36,221 bases of DNA. Source: a virus. Shown here in pieces: positions 8,136 to 17,687 of the stretch (positions within the stretch are counted from its first letter, which is position 1; each line of letters opens with the position of its first letter). The translations under genes were made by a program, and so were the position numbers. The notes under the pieces were generated by a model. It was given only the letters and a program-made list of their open reading frames with translations, ran no database searches and was not told the origin of the DNA. The stretch is taken from IMG/VR virus record IMGVR_UViG_3300045988_173666, one strand, 5' to 3'.

Positions 8136-8467
8136 GCATCGCCGTGGACGTCGTCACCGCCGGCATCGACCTGGCGACCGCGCCGGCCGAGTGCAAGAGG
8201 CGCCAGGCGCTGTACGCGCGCCGCTGCGCGTTCACCATGCGCAAGTACGTGCCGGTGCTGGAGGCCATCCTGCGCTCCAGCGAGCCGGTCAACTCCGACT
8301 ACGGCGCGGGCGTGCTCACGTGGAACACGCCCTACGCGGCGCGGCAGTACTACGAGCCGATGAACCACACCGACCCGGCGACCACCGACCACTGGGACGA
8401 GAAGTGCCGGCGCGAGGACGGCGACGACCTGCGCGAGTTCGCGCGGCGCCTGTACATGGACTACTAG
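8132..8467 (+). CDS. Putative head-tail joining (minor capsid family) protein
   Basis: The GTG at 8132 overlaps the upstream TGA (GTGA). The motif NTPYAARQYYEP resembles minor-capsid / gp10-like proteins. Confidence 0.45.
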   Translation: MSIAVDVVTAGIDLATAPAECKRRQALYARRCAFTMRKYVPVLEAILRSSEPVNSDYGAGVLTWNTPYAARQYYEPMNHTDPATTDHWDEKCRREDGDDLREFARRLYMDY

Positions 8468-8478
8468 GAGGCACGCAC

Positions 8479-8883
8479 ATGGAAGAGAACGGCACGCTGG
8501 ACCTCGTGGACGTGGTGAAGGACCGCCTGGAGGCGGCCGGCGTCCGCGACGTGTTCACCTACCTGCCCGACACCCGGCGCCACGCCGAGTTCTGCGCCAT
8601 CCGCACCGGCGTGCCGGGCGGCGAGGACGGCTACTTCGACCTCGCCTTCGACACGGCCGTGCGCCTGAGCCTGTTCTTCGCGCGCCGCGTCGAGCTGGAC
8701 GCCATGGCGGACGCGCTCCTGGCGGAGCGCACGCTGCGGACCGTGCCGCTCGACAGCGCCAACGGCAGCTACCGCATGATACGCATCGAGACAGTGAAGC
8801 CGCGCCCGGTCCAGTGGGACGAGAGCGGCCGCAACGTGTGGGTGGTCGAGGCCACCGCGCACATCGAGATCAAGGAGTTTTAG
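8479..8883 (+). CDS. Putative tail completion / tail terminator protein
   Basis: ATG at 8479 after TAGGAGG. 134 aa, immediately upstream of the major tail gene. Confidence 0.5.
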   Translation: MEENGTLDLVDVVKDRLEAAGVRDVFTYLPDTRRHAEFCAIRTGVPGGEDGYFDLAFDTAVRLSLFFARRVELDAMADALLAERTLRTVPLDSANGSYRMIRIETVKPRPVQWDESGRNVWVVEATAHIEIKEF

Positions 8884-8886
8884 AAG

Positions 8887-9597
8887 ATGGATATCGGTTT
8901 CGCGCTGAACTACCAGCACGTGGTCGAGGTCGACACCACCCCGGACGGCGACAAGCGCCACTGGGCATGGGTCGGCCCCGGCATCTCCAACATCGGCAAG
9001 GACAACAGCGAGAGCACGAGCGAGGACGCCTACTACAACGGCGGCGGCAACACCAAGACCGACGTCACCGGCGTGAGCGCCAAGTACAGCGTCGAGGGCC
9101 ACCGCCTGATCGGCGACCCGTTCCAGGACTACGTGGCCTCCATCGAGGACGGCATCGGCGCCGAGCGCGAGACGACCTACCGCGTCACCGACCCGACCGG
9201 CAAGTGCATCGAGGCGCCCTGCACCGTCCTCGACATCGCGGCCAACGGCCCCAACGGCGCCGCCAACGAGAAGACGAGCTTCAAGTGCTCGCTGTCCCGC
9301 TCCGGCGTGGCCACCGTCGTGACCCCCGCCGCCGGCACCCTGCTGCCCGAGTCCGTCAACGTGGCGCAGGAGGTGACCGTGGGCATCAACAAGACCGCGG
9401 CCGCCATCAAGCCCTCCGTGCTGCCCGAGGGCGCGTCCACGCGCTGCCTGTTCGCCATCGAGGACACCGGCATCGCCCGCGTGGCCGCCGACGGCACCGT
9501 GACCGGCGTCAAGGCCGGCAAGACCCGCCTGGCCGTCAAGTGCGCGGCCAAGCCGTCCGTCTCCACCGTCGTGGACGTGACCGTCTCCGCGTCCTAG
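8887..9597 (+). CDS. Major tail protein with a C-terminal Ig-like (Big_2-type) domain
   Basis: 236 aa. The C-terminal part ...IEDTGIARVAADGTVTGVKAGKTRLAVKCAAKPSVSTVVDVTV is a typical Big_2 motif. A strong terminator follows. Confidence 0.75.
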   Translation: MDIGFALNYQHVVEVDTTPDGDKRHWAWVGPGISNIGKDNSESTSEDAYYNGGGNTKTDVTGVSAKYSVEGHRLIGDPFQDYVASIEDGIGAERETTYRVTDPTGKCIEAPCTVLDIAANGPNGAANEKTSFKCSLSRSGVATVVTPAAGTLLPESVNVAQEVTVGINKTAAAIKPSVLPEGASTRCLFAIEDTGIARVAADGTVTGVKAGKTRLAVKCAAKPSVSTVVDVTVSAS

Positions 9598-9629
9598 GCG
9601 CGGGGCGACAGCCGGGGGAACATCTGCCG

Positions 9630-9674
9630 AGGAGGCCGGGGCTACGCGCTGCAGCCCCGGCCTCCTTTCTCTTT
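9630..9674 (+). terminator. Rho-independent terminator after the major tail gene
   Basis: AGGAGGCCGGGGCT (9630-9643) pairs perfectly with AGCCCCGGCCTCCT (9653-9666). The loop is 9 nt and the tail is TTCTCTTT. Confidence 0.8.
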
Positions 9675-9707
9675 GAACGCAGCGCACGATGGGAAGGCAG
9701 CGCAACC

Positions 9708-10169
9708 ATGAAGACACTGAAGGTAAGGAAGTCGTTCGAGCGCTTCGAGGTCGAGGTCGGCGACGAGACGGTGGAGTGCGCCATCGACTGCACCGACGGC
9801 ACCGTCAACGCGTTGGCGGCCAGGTGCATGAAGGCGCGCCAGCAGGCGCTCGCGCTCGACACGCTGAAGGAGAAGACGTTCGACCGCAAGAAGCTGAACA
9901 AGCTGTCCGAGGACATGGCCGCCATCATCGGCCCCATCATCGTCGAGGGCATCGGCGAGGAGTCCTACGACGCCATCCTCACGGCGTGCGGCGACGGCGT
10001 GAAGCTGAAGCCGGCGCAGTGCAACCTCGTCATGGTCCAGGTATTCGCCACCGTGTGCCAGGCGATCTTCGACCGCCTGAACGACGTGAAGCAGAGCAAG
10101 GCAGCGCACTACCTACAGGACGTGGTGGCAGATGCGCAGAAGCCTGACGACGAGAAGCGGGACCGTTAA
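9708..10169 (+). CDS. Tail assembly chaperone (gpG-position protein)
   Basis: ATG at 9708 after GGGAAGG. 153 aa, between the major tail and tape measure genes. Confidence 0.6.
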   Translation: MKTLKVRKSFERFEVEVGDETVECAIDCTDGTVNALAARCMKARQQALALDTLKEKTFDRKKLNKLSEDMAAIIGPIIVEGIGEESYDAILTACGDGVKLKPAQCNLVMVQVFATVCQAIFDRLNDVKQSKAAHYLQDVVADAQKPDDEKRDR

Positions 10170-10809
10170 CGGACGGTTCTGCACAACTTACGAATACGAG
10201 GGGGCGGAGTACGACGTGTGCGACTCCGCCCTCAACGCCATGCTGGTGAACGAGCTGTTCGCCGACACCGAGCTGAGCGAGGAGGACAAGCAGCGGCTGC
10301 TCCCCGCCATGCTGTTCGCCGACCTGCCCGCCGCCATCGAGACGGCCGGGCGCGACGGCTTCTGGGACATGGTGGACGCCGTGCTGTGGGACGCCATGGG
10401 CGTGGACCTGTACGGCACGAGGGGCGCCGCAGGCCGCGAGGAGCCCGTGTTCGACTGGGACGAGGACGCCGGGCGCATCCGCGCCTCGCTCCTGCAGGCG
10501 TACGGCCTCGACTGGGACGCCGTGGCCGGCAGCATGAGCTACGGCGCGTTCCTCGACCTCGTGGCCGGCCTGATGGAGTCCGGCGAGACGCCGCTGCAGC
10601 AGGCGATCTACTACCGCACGGCCAAGTGCCCGAGGGAGAACAAGAACAACAGGGAATACGTGGAGGCGTTCCGCGCCCGCGCGGCGCACTTCGCGCTGCA
10701 CGCCGACCGCACCGAGGCCGGCCGCATGGACGCGGCCAACGGCGCCATGGCGGCCGCGTTCGCCGCCGAGTTCGCCGCAGCGGAGCGGGCGGTGAGGGCC
10801 GATGGGTAG
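10132..10809 (+). CDS. Gp15-like second tail chaperone (gpT-position), +1 frame relative to 9708..10169
   Basis: It overlaps the upstream gene by 38 nt. This frame is open from 10090. Its end overlaps the tape measure start. Confidence 0.55.
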   Translation: MRRSLTTRSGTVNGRFCTTYEYEGAEYDVCDSALNAMLVNELFADTELSEEDKQRLLPAMLFADLPAAIETAGRDGFWDMVDAVLWDAMGVDLYGTRGAAGREEPVFDWDEDAGRIRASLLQAYGLDWDAVAGSMSYGAFLDLVAGLMESGETPLQQAIYYRTAKCPRENKNNREYVEAFRARAAHFALHADRTEAGRMDAANGAMAAAFAAEFAAAERAVRADG

Positions 10810-13210
10810 CGCATCCAACGCCGTCTCCGTCCTCGCGCGCCTGGACGACCAGGGCGTGGTCTCCGGCCTGAAGAAGATCAAGGTCTCCATGGAGGAGATC
10901 AAGGGCAAGGACGGCAAGCTCAACTGGGAGGGCCTGAAGAAGGGCGGCTCCGCCACCAAGGCGCTCGGCGAGGGCATCACCGACCTGGGGCGCTCCATGA
11001 CGCTGGGGCTCACCGTGCCCATCGTGGCGGCCGGCGGCGCGGCCACCTCCGTGGCGGCCAGCTTCGACGACGCCATGAGCCAGGTGCAGGGCGCGCTCGG
11101 CGGCGCATCCGCCGACATGGACGGCCTGCGCAACCTCGCGCTGCAGCTGGGCGCCGACACCGTGTTCAGCGCCACCGAGTCCGCGCAGGCCATGGTTGAG
11201 CTGGCCAAGGGCGGCCTGACCGAGGCCCAGATCAAGGGCGGCGCGCTCGCGGCGTCCATGGACCTCGCCGCCGCCGGCCAGCTCAACCTCGCCGACGCAG
11301 CGGCCACCACGGTGCAGATGATGGGCAGCTTCGGCCTGGGCGCCGGCGACGCCACACGCATCGCCAACGCGCTCGCCGGCGCCGCCAACGCCTCCTCCGC
11401 CGACGTCTCGGACCTCACGCAGGCCATGAGCCAGTGCAGCGCGCAGGCGTCGCTGGCCGGATGGAGCCTGGAGGACACGGCCGCGGCGCTCGCCCTGTTC
11501 GCCGACCACGGCGTGAAGGGCTCCGACGCGGGCACCAGCCTGAAGACGATGCTGCAGCGCCTCGCCGCGCCCACCGACCAGGCCGCCGAGGCCATCGCCG
11601 CCTACGGCCTGAACATCCGAGACTCCAACGGCAGGATGAAGGACATCTCCGGCATCGCCGACGAGCTGACCGGCAAGCTGGGCGGCCTGAGCGACGCCGA
11701 GCGAGACGCCGCGCTGCAGACCATCTTCGGCTCCGACGCCTCGCGCGCCGCCGCCATCCTGATGCAGTCCGGCAGCGAGGGGCTGGCCAAGTACATCGCC
11801 GCGACCAACGACGCCACCGCCGCCGAGACCATGGCAAACGCCCAGAAGGGCGAGCTGTCCTGGGCGCTGGAGAACATGGGCGGCGCCGTCGAGTCGGCGT
11901 CCATCGCGTTCGGCACCGCGCTGGCGCCCGCCATCACCGCCGTGGCCGGCGTGATAGGCAACGTCGCCGAGGCGTTCGCCTCGCTGCCGGCGGGCGTGCA
12001 GACCGGCATCGCCGTGGTGCTCGCGCTCGTGGCCGCGCTGGGCCCGCTGCTGATGGTGATCGGCTCCATCGTGGCGGCGCTGCCCGCCATCTCCGAGGGC
12101 TTCGCCGTGCTGGGCGGCGCGCTGGCCATCCCGCTGGCGCCAGCCGCCGCCGTGGTGGCCGCGATAGCCGCCATAGCCGCGGCCATCTACGCCGCGTGGA
12201 CCACGTCCGAGACGTTCCGCGCCGCCGTGATGGCCGGCGTGGACGCCATCAGCTCCAAGGTGCAGGAGATATGCGCGTTCCTCGCGCCGTACGTGCAGGC
12301 GTTCGTCGACCAGATCGTCTCGACCGTGCAGGTGGCCATGGACACGCTGGGCCCGATTATCGGCGCCGCGCTGACCGTAATCGTCTCGACCGTCGTGCCC
12401 ATCCTGACCTCCATCATGGACACCGTGGCCAACGTCCTCGCCACGATACTGGCCACCGTGACCAACGTCATGGCGGCCGTGGGAACCGTCATACAGGGCG
12501 CCTGGCAGATAATCTCCGGCATCTTCCAGACGGTGCTGGGCGTGATCCTCGCCGTGACCACCGGAGACTTCACGATGCTGCAGCAGGGCGTGACCTCGAT
12601 CATGCAGGGAACGATGGTGGCCATAAACGGCGTCATGCAGGGCATCCTGTCCATCGTCTCCGGCGCCTGGAACGCCGTGAAGGCCGTGTTCATCGGCGCG
12701 TGCAACGCCGTCTCCGGCGCCATCAGCGGCGCGTTCAACGGCATCAAGTCCGTGATCGACAGCACGATGAACGGCGCGAAGGGCACCGTGTCCGGCGCGC
12801 TCAGCGCCATCAGCGGCTTCTTCGCGGGACTCCACCTGCAGTTCCCGCACATCAACCTGCCGCACTTCTCCATCAGCGGAGACTTCAGCCTCGTGCCGCC
12901 GAGCGTGCCGTCCATCTCGGTGAGCTGGTACCGCACCGGCGCCATCGCCATGGGCGCCAGCGTCGTCGGCATCGGCGAGGCCGGCCCCGAGGCCATCGTG
13001 CCGCTGAGCGGCCGCGAGATGGACCCGTACGCGGACGCGGTGGCCGAGCGCATGGCGCAGCGCGGGGGCGCAGCCGGCACCACGGTCGTCTACAACATAG
13101 GCGACGTCACGCTGAACATGGAGCAGCTGCGCGACCTGGCGACGCTGGAGGACTTCGTGGACCTCGTGCTAGACGCCAAGCGCGCGAACCCGACGAGAGC
13201 GAGAGGATAG
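10802..13210 (+). CDS. Tape measure protein
   Basis: 802 aa. The N-terminal TMP core reads ...SFDDAMSQVQGALG...GADTVFSATESAQAMVELAKGGL. Long Ala/Gly/Val-rich hydrophobic segments follow. Confidence 0.9.
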   Translation: MGSASNAVSVLARLDDQGVVSGLKKIKVSMEEIKGKDGKLNWEGLKKGGSATKALGEGITDLGRSMTLGLTVPIVAAGGAATSVAASFDDAMSQVQGALGGASADMDGLRNLALQLGADTVFSATESAQAMVELAKGGLTEAQIKGGALAASMDLAAAGQLNLADAAATTVQMMGSFGLGAGDATRIANALAGAANASSADVSDLTQAMSQCSAQASLAGWSLEDTAAALALFADHGVKGSDAGTSLKTMLQRLAAPTDQAAEAIAAYGLNIRDSNGRMKDISGIADELTGKLGGLSDAERDAALQTIFGSDASRAAAILMQSGSEGLAKYIAATNDATAAETMANAQKGELSWALENMGGAVESASIAFGTALAPAITAVAGVIGNVAEAFASLPAGVQTGIAVVLALVAALGPLLMVIGSIVAALPAISEGFAVLGGALAIPLAPAAAVVAAIAAIAAAIYAAWTTSETFRAAVMAGVDAISSKVQEICAFLAPYVQAFVDQIVSTVQVAMDTLGPIIGAALTVIVSTVVPILTSIMDTVANVLATILATVTNVMAAVGTVIQGAWQIISGIFQTVLGVILAVTTGDFTMLQQGVTSIMQGTMVAINGVMQGILSIVSGAWNAVKAVFIGACNAVSGAISGAFNGIKSVIDSTMNGAKGTVSGALSAISGFFAGLHLQFPHINLPHFSISGDFSLVPPSVPSISVSWYRTGAIAMGASVVGIGEAGPEAIVPLSGREMDPYADAVAERMAQRGGAAGTTVVYNIGDVTLNMEQLRDLATLEDFVDLVLDAKRANPTRARG

Positions 13211-13213
13211 AGC

Positions 13214-15628
13214 ATGGCGAAGGGATACTTCGGAGAGAAGGCCGGCCCCGGCGCGCACATGCGGGCGTACGTGGAGTGCAAGACCACGGCGCAGGAGGAG
13301 GGGCGCGCCTACGTCCAGTACAAGCGCAGCATCCGCGTGGACGACGCCAACTTCGGCGGCACCATCGTCGACCGCAACTGGGGCGGCCAGGTGCAGCTGT
13401 ACGGCCCCGGGTGGTACGGCGATTCCGGATGGGTCAACTACGGATGGGTCAACTACGGGGAGCAGGCCGTCATCACGGCCACCATCTCCTACCTGAGCTG
13501 GTCCGGCGTCCACTACAGCTCGTCCGTGACCGCCCGGTACAGCCCGGACGTCCCCACGTGGCTGCCCAACGCGGTGAGCCAGTGCAGCGCCGTGCTGGAC
13601 GGCGGCAAGATCAAGGTCAAGTGGAGGAACAACAACACCACCACGCGCCCCTACGCCGGCATCTACGTCGACGTCTCGGTGGACGGCGGGGACTTCACAC
13701 TCCACAAGGACGTCGAAGGCGGGGACACGGAGTGCGAGTACGCGTGCGAGCCCAACCGCGTGTACGAGTTCCGCGTGCTGCCGCACAACGGGGCGGGCAA
13801 CGCCAACTCGCACACCTACACGGGCAAGGTCTGCACGCTGCCGGCACCGCCCACGGACGTCAAGGCGGCCCGCCTGAGCGATACCGAGAACGCCGTCACG
13901 TTCGGGCACGGCTCGGGCAACGACGGCCTGTACCTCGCCCACGACGTGCAGCGCCAGATGGACGGCGGCGCGTGGTCCGACTTCGCCGCGGTCGAGCCCG
14001 CCGGCACCCGGTGCCCCGACCGCTCGACGAGCGCGAACCACTCGTGGCGCTACCGCGTCCGCAGCCGCAACTCGGCCGGCGCGTCCGACTGGGTGTACAC
14101 GGAGACCGTCTACAACACGCCAGCCGCGCCCGGCAAGATCGCCATGGCGCGCGTCTCGAACACCCGCGTGCGCGGCACGTTCGAGAACCCGGCGAACACG
14201 GCCACGTCCGCCGAGATAGAGCGCAGCCAGGATATGGAGCGGTGGACGGCGGTGCGCACCGTCGAGGGCCACGTGGCGTCGTTCGAGGACGACCCCGGCG
14301 GCGGCACGTGGTACTACCGCGTCCGCAACGCCCGCGGCGGGCTGAGGAGCGCCTGGACGGCCAGCAGCGGCATCGTGACCATCTGCGCGCCGGCGGCGCC
14401 CACCGTCACCTCGCCGTCCTCCTCGCAGGTCATCCCCAAGACGCAGGCCACCATCTCCGTCACGTGGCGCCACAACCCCATCGACGGCTCCGCCCAGACG
14501 GCAGCCCAGTGGCGCTGGAGCACCGACGGCAAGACCTGGACGACCGTCGACGTCTCCGGCAAGGCGTCGGGCGCGACGCTGGCCAACTCCTTCGCGGTCA
14601 ACACCCGCCTGTCCGTGCAGGTGCGCACCAGGGGCGCCCATGCCGACTTCGGCCCGTGGTCGCCCGCCGTGGCCACCTACGTGCGCCAGGTGCCCACGCT
14701 GTCCATCGAGGAGCCGGCCGACGGCTTCACGGTCGAGACCGTGCCCGTGCACGTCCGCGTGCGCTACAGCGACCCGAGCGGCACCATGGCCGCCGGCACG
14801 CTCACCATCTGCGACGCGGCGGGCACCGCCGTCTACAGCCGCGACCTCGCCGCCGGGCTGGAGTTCGACATACCGGCCTCCGAGTGGCTGCCGGCCGACG
14901 GCGCCGCGTACCGGCTGGCCGCCACCGCCCGCTCGTCCTCGACGCTGCAGGGCTCGGCCGAGCGCTCCGTCTCGGTGCGCTACAGCCTGCCGGCGCCCGC
15001 CATCGTCGACGCCGTGCCGGACCCGGCGACCGGCCGCGTGGCCATCACGGTGCACGCGGGCGTCGAGGACGGCGCCGCGCCCATGGAGTCGGCGAGCGTC
15101 TGGCGCAACGTCGGCGGCGTGCGCACGCTGCTGGCCGACGGCCTGCACGACGGCGCGGAGCTCACGGACGACTATGCGCCGCTCAACACGGACTACGCCT
15201 ACGAGACCGCCAGCATAGCCGCGTCCGGCGCCGTGCGCGAGACGAGGTTCCCGGGGCACATCGACTCGGGCCACGTGTTCGTCTACTGGTCCGGCGGCAT
15301 CGCCCGCGGCAGGTACAACCCCGCCGACGAGATCGCCGTCGAGCCGGAGTTCTCCACGTTCCGCCTGGCCGGCAGGCGCTACCCGGTGGGCGTGTCCTCC
15401 GACCGCGTGGCCGAGAAGCACACGGCGTCCGTGACGCTCAACAGCCGCGAGGAGGCGCTGGCGTTCTACCGCGCCGTGTGCAGCGGCGAGCGGCTGGTGA
15501 TGAAGACGCTGTACGGCTTCGTCTTCCCGTTCATGGCCACGGCCAAGCTGGCGCCGTCGCTGGGCAACGCAGAGCGCCAATGGAGCGTGAGCCTGGAGGC
15601 CACGAGGCTGGACGGTGAGGGCCTATGA
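13214..15628 (+). CDS. Distal-tail-position minor tail protein with multiple FN3-like repeats
   Basis: 804 aa, directly after the tape measure. It has repeated segments of about 90 aa with W...YRVRxxN-type FN3 signatures, such as HSWRYRVRSRNSAGASDW and TWYYRVRNARGGLRSAW. Confidence 0.6.
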   Translation: MAKGYFGEKAGPGAHMRAYVECKTTAQEEGRAYVQYKRSIRVDDANFGGTIVDRNWGGQVQLYGPGWYGDSGWVNYGWVNYGEQAVITATISYLSWSGVHYSSSVTARYSPDVPTWLPNAVSQCSAVLDGGKIKVKWRNNNTTTRPYAGIYVDVSVDGGDFTLHKDVEGGDTECEYACEPNRVYEFRVLPHNGAGNANSHTYTGKVCTLPAPPTDVKAARLSDTENAVTFGHGSGNDGLYLAHDVQRQMDGGAWSDFAAVEPAGTRCPDRSTSANHSWRYRVRSRNSAGASDWVYTETVYNTPAAPGKIAMARVSNTRVRGTFENPANTATSAEIERSQDMERWTAVRTVEGHVASFEDDPGGGTWYYRVRNARGGLRSAWTASSGIVTICAPAAPTVTSPSSSQVIPKTQATISVTWRHNPIDGSAQTAAQWRWSTDGKTWTTVDVSGKASGATLANSFAVNTRLSVQVRTRGAHADFGPWSPAVATYVRQVPTLSIEEPADGFTVETVPVHVRVRYSDPSGTMAAGTLTICDAAGTAVYSRDLAAGLEFDIPASEWLPADGAAYRLAATARSSSTLQGSAERSVSVRYSLPAPAIVDAVPDPATGRVAITVHAGVEDGAAPMESASVWRNVGGVRTLLADGLHDGAELTDDYAPLNTDYAYETASIAASGAVRETRFPGHIDSGHVFVYWSGGIARGRYNPADEIAVEPEFSTFRLAGRRYPVGVSSDRVAEKHTASVTLNSREEALAFYRAVCSGERLVMKTLYGFVFPFMATAKLAPSLGNAERQWSVSLEATRLDGEGL
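13426..13455 (+). repeat. Perfect 15-bp tandem duplication (cggatgggtcaacta x2), in frame (GWVNY-GWVNY)
   Basis: Read directly from the sequence: 13426-13440 equals 13441-13455. Confidence 0.9.
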
Positions 15629-16743
15629 GGTGGCACGGCAACCGCTACCACGAGCACTGGACGTTCCGGCGCGTCAAGTGGCCGGGGATGGAGGAGGCGG
15701 AGGACTACGGCCAGATCACCGGCGGCAAGTCCTCCGAGAGCCAGTTCAAGGAGCTGAAGGCCACCGGCTCCATCGACTACGAGGGCTCCACGGTGCCCGA
15801 CGAGGACGACGCCGTGCGCGTGTACTACGGCTTCACCGACGACGCCGGCGAGAGCTGGGAGGGGCCCGTGGTGACCGGCTTTTTGGAGCTGGGCGAGACC
15901 GACCTGGACGGCTCGCTGGTGAGCGGCAGCGCCGACCTGTCCGGCATGCTCACCGTGGCGGCCTCCACCGGGCCCGGCTACCCGCTCACGCTGCCCGCCG
16001 GCACGCCCACCGTGGACACCGCCGCCGGGTTCCTTCGCGCGCTCGGTCTCGTCGTCAACGCCGCGCCGTCGTCCCACAGGCTGAGCGGCGCGCACACGTT
16101 CGAGCGCGACGAGAAGTGGCTGGGCATAGCCAACTGGCTGCTGTCCGCCGCCGACTTCGGCAGCGCGACCACCGACGCGTGGGGCGCCGTCCAGATGCAG
16201 CCCTACGTCGAGCCCACGGAGCGCGCGCCGTCGTGGACGTTCCGCGACGACGAGACCAGCGTGTTCTTCCCCTCCGTCACGGTGAGGGACAACCGAGCCG
16301 ACACGCCCAACGTGGTGCGCCTGTGGTACGAGGACGACAGCGTGGGGCTGTACGCCGAGGCGCGCAACGACGACCCGCGCAGCGCGGCCTCGACCGTCAC
16401 GCGCCGCCGCGAGCGCCAGCTGGACGACGAGGTGACCGAGCTGTCCGGCGACACGCCCGAGAAGATGCTGGAGGCGCTGAAGGCCGCCGCGCGCAAGAGG
16501 CTGCTGGACAACTCCACCCGCATCGACTACGTGGAGGTGCACGGCCTGTTCATCCCGTCGCGCGTCGGCGAGTGCGGGCTGCTCGACTACCGCGAGGCCG
16601 GCGTCGAGCAGCTGGGCGGCATCACCGCCAAGGACGTCGAGTTCGGGCTGGGCGGCGAGACGACGCACACCATGCGGCGCCTGCTGCGCCCGGACTTCAA
16701 GGTGACGACTGCTGGAGAGGTGGTGTGGAGGAATGACGCCTAG
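15625..16743 (+). CDS. Tal-like / baseplate hub-like minor structural protein
   Basis: The ATG overlaps the upstream stop (ATGA). 372 aa, in the position after the Dit-like gene. Confidence 0.5.
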   Translation: MRWHGNRYHEHWTFRRVKWPGMEEAEDYGQITGGKSSESQFKELKATGSIDYEGSTVPDEDDAVRVYYGFTDDAGESWEGPVVTGFLELGETDLDGSLVSGSADLSGMLTVAASTGPGYPLTLPAGTPTVDTAAGFLRALGLVVNAAPSSHRLSGAHTFERDEKWLGIANWLLSAADFGSATTDAWGAVQMQPYVEPTERAPSWTFRDDETSVFFPSVTVRDNRADTPNVVRLWYEDDSVGLYAEARNDDPRSAASTVTRRRERQLDDEVTELSGDTPEKMLEALKAAARKRLLDNSTRIDYVEVHGLFIPSRVGECGLLDYREAGVEQLGGITAKDVEFGLGGETTHTMRRLLRPDFKVTTAGEVVWRNDA

Positions 16744-16978
16744 CGGAGAGCTGGCGGACCGGCTGGCCGCGGCGCTGTGGCCCGAGAGGACCGCCGCCGA
16801 CTACCACACGCGCGCGCCGGTGCTGTCCGTCGACGGCCCCACGGTGAACGTGAGGCTGCGCGGCTCGACCGAGCCGACGCCGTGCAGCAAGCTGGCATCG
16901 TGCTCGCCGAGGGCCGGCGACACGGCGCTCGTGCTGGTCATGCCCGCGGGCTGCGTCGTGCTCGGGATTATCGGATAG
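16733..16978 (+). CDS. Small baseplate/tail-tip protein, hypothetical (81 aa)
   Basis: The ATG at 16733 follows GGAGAGGTGGTGTGGAGG and overlaps the upstream gene by 11 nt. Confidence 0.5.
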   Translation: MTPSGELADRLAAALWPERTAADYHTRAPVLSVDGPTVNVRLRGSTEPTPCSKLASCSPRAGDTALVLVMPAGCVVLGIIG

Positions 16979-16995
16979 AGAGAGAAAGGAACGGC

Positions 16996-17685
16996 ATGCG
17001 CGAGATACTCACGCTGGACCTGCAGAAGTCCAGCACCCAGTTCATGCCAGTCATCGCGCTGAGGGCGCGCCGCGGCGACTCGCGGAGCCTCCAGCGCACG
17101 TTCCAGATCATGGACGACGGCGTGGCGCTGGACCTCACGGACTGCACCGTCTCGTTCATGGCTGAGAACGCCGGCGGCTTCCCCATCATGGAGGAGGTGG
17201 TCGACAAGGGGCAGGGCGGCCAGTTCACCTACCGCTTCCCCGACGCCGTCGCGGCCGTGCGCGGCTCCGTGACCATGGCCTACTTCCGCATCGTCGGCCG
17301 CGACTTCACGGGCTCCACCAACAGCCTGCGCATCGAGGTGCTGGACAACGTGGACCTCACGGACGCCGTGACCGGCGCCTACGTGCCCATGCTGGACCGC
17401 ATCATCGAGCAGTCGACCGAGATGGCCGCCAACGCCGACGAGATCACCCGCCAGGCCACCGCCGCCATCAACGCCTGCACGTCCATCACGGAGACCGCGA
17501 CGGCGCAGGAGCAGGCGCGAGTGGCGAAGGAGGCGGAGCGCGTGACGGCCGAGGCCGAGCGCGCCAGCAACTACAGCCAGAAGATGGCCGAGTGGGAGCG
17601 CGACGTGCTGGCGCTCACCAACGGCCTGTGCGTCAACAGCAAGGGCCAGCTTTGCGTGGCCGTGAGAGTAAAGAGGAAGGGCTAG
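16996..17685 (+). CDS. BppU-like baseplate upper protein (N-terminal Ig-like domain plus coiled coil)
   Basis: ATG at 16996 after GAGAGAAAGGAA. The N-terminus reads MREILTLDLQKSS...DLTDCTVSFMAEN...GSVTMAYFRIVG and resembles a BppU N-terminal domain. A coiled coil follows. Confidence 0.5.
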   Translation: MREILTLDLQKSSTQFMPVIALRARRGDSRSLQRTFQIMDDGVALDLTDCTVSFMAENAGGFPIMEEVVDKGQGGQFTYRFPDAVAAVRGSVTMAYFRIVGRDFTGSTNSLRIEVLDNVDLTDAVTGAYVPMLDRIIEQSTEMAANADEITRQATAAINACTSITETATAQEQARVAKEAERVTAEAERASNYSQKMAEWERDVLALTNGLCVNSKGQLCVAVRVKRKG

Positions 17686-17687
17686 AC

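Noticed and set aside
9675-9707. Possible third copy of the CGACACGTGCCCGA box after the terminator at 9630..9674
   Set aside because: Only a loose resemblance (gcagcgcacgatggg) is present. It is too divergent to claim.
11434-15618. Alternative-frame + strand mega-ORFs (11434..15618, 31548..35699, 27237..28310, 17882..18964, 21904..22587)
   Set aside because: These are out of frame with motif-bearing genes and have Arg/Gly/Pro-rich composition. Only the 3' segments already annotated (for example avd from 18965 and the ATPase from 28311) are credible.
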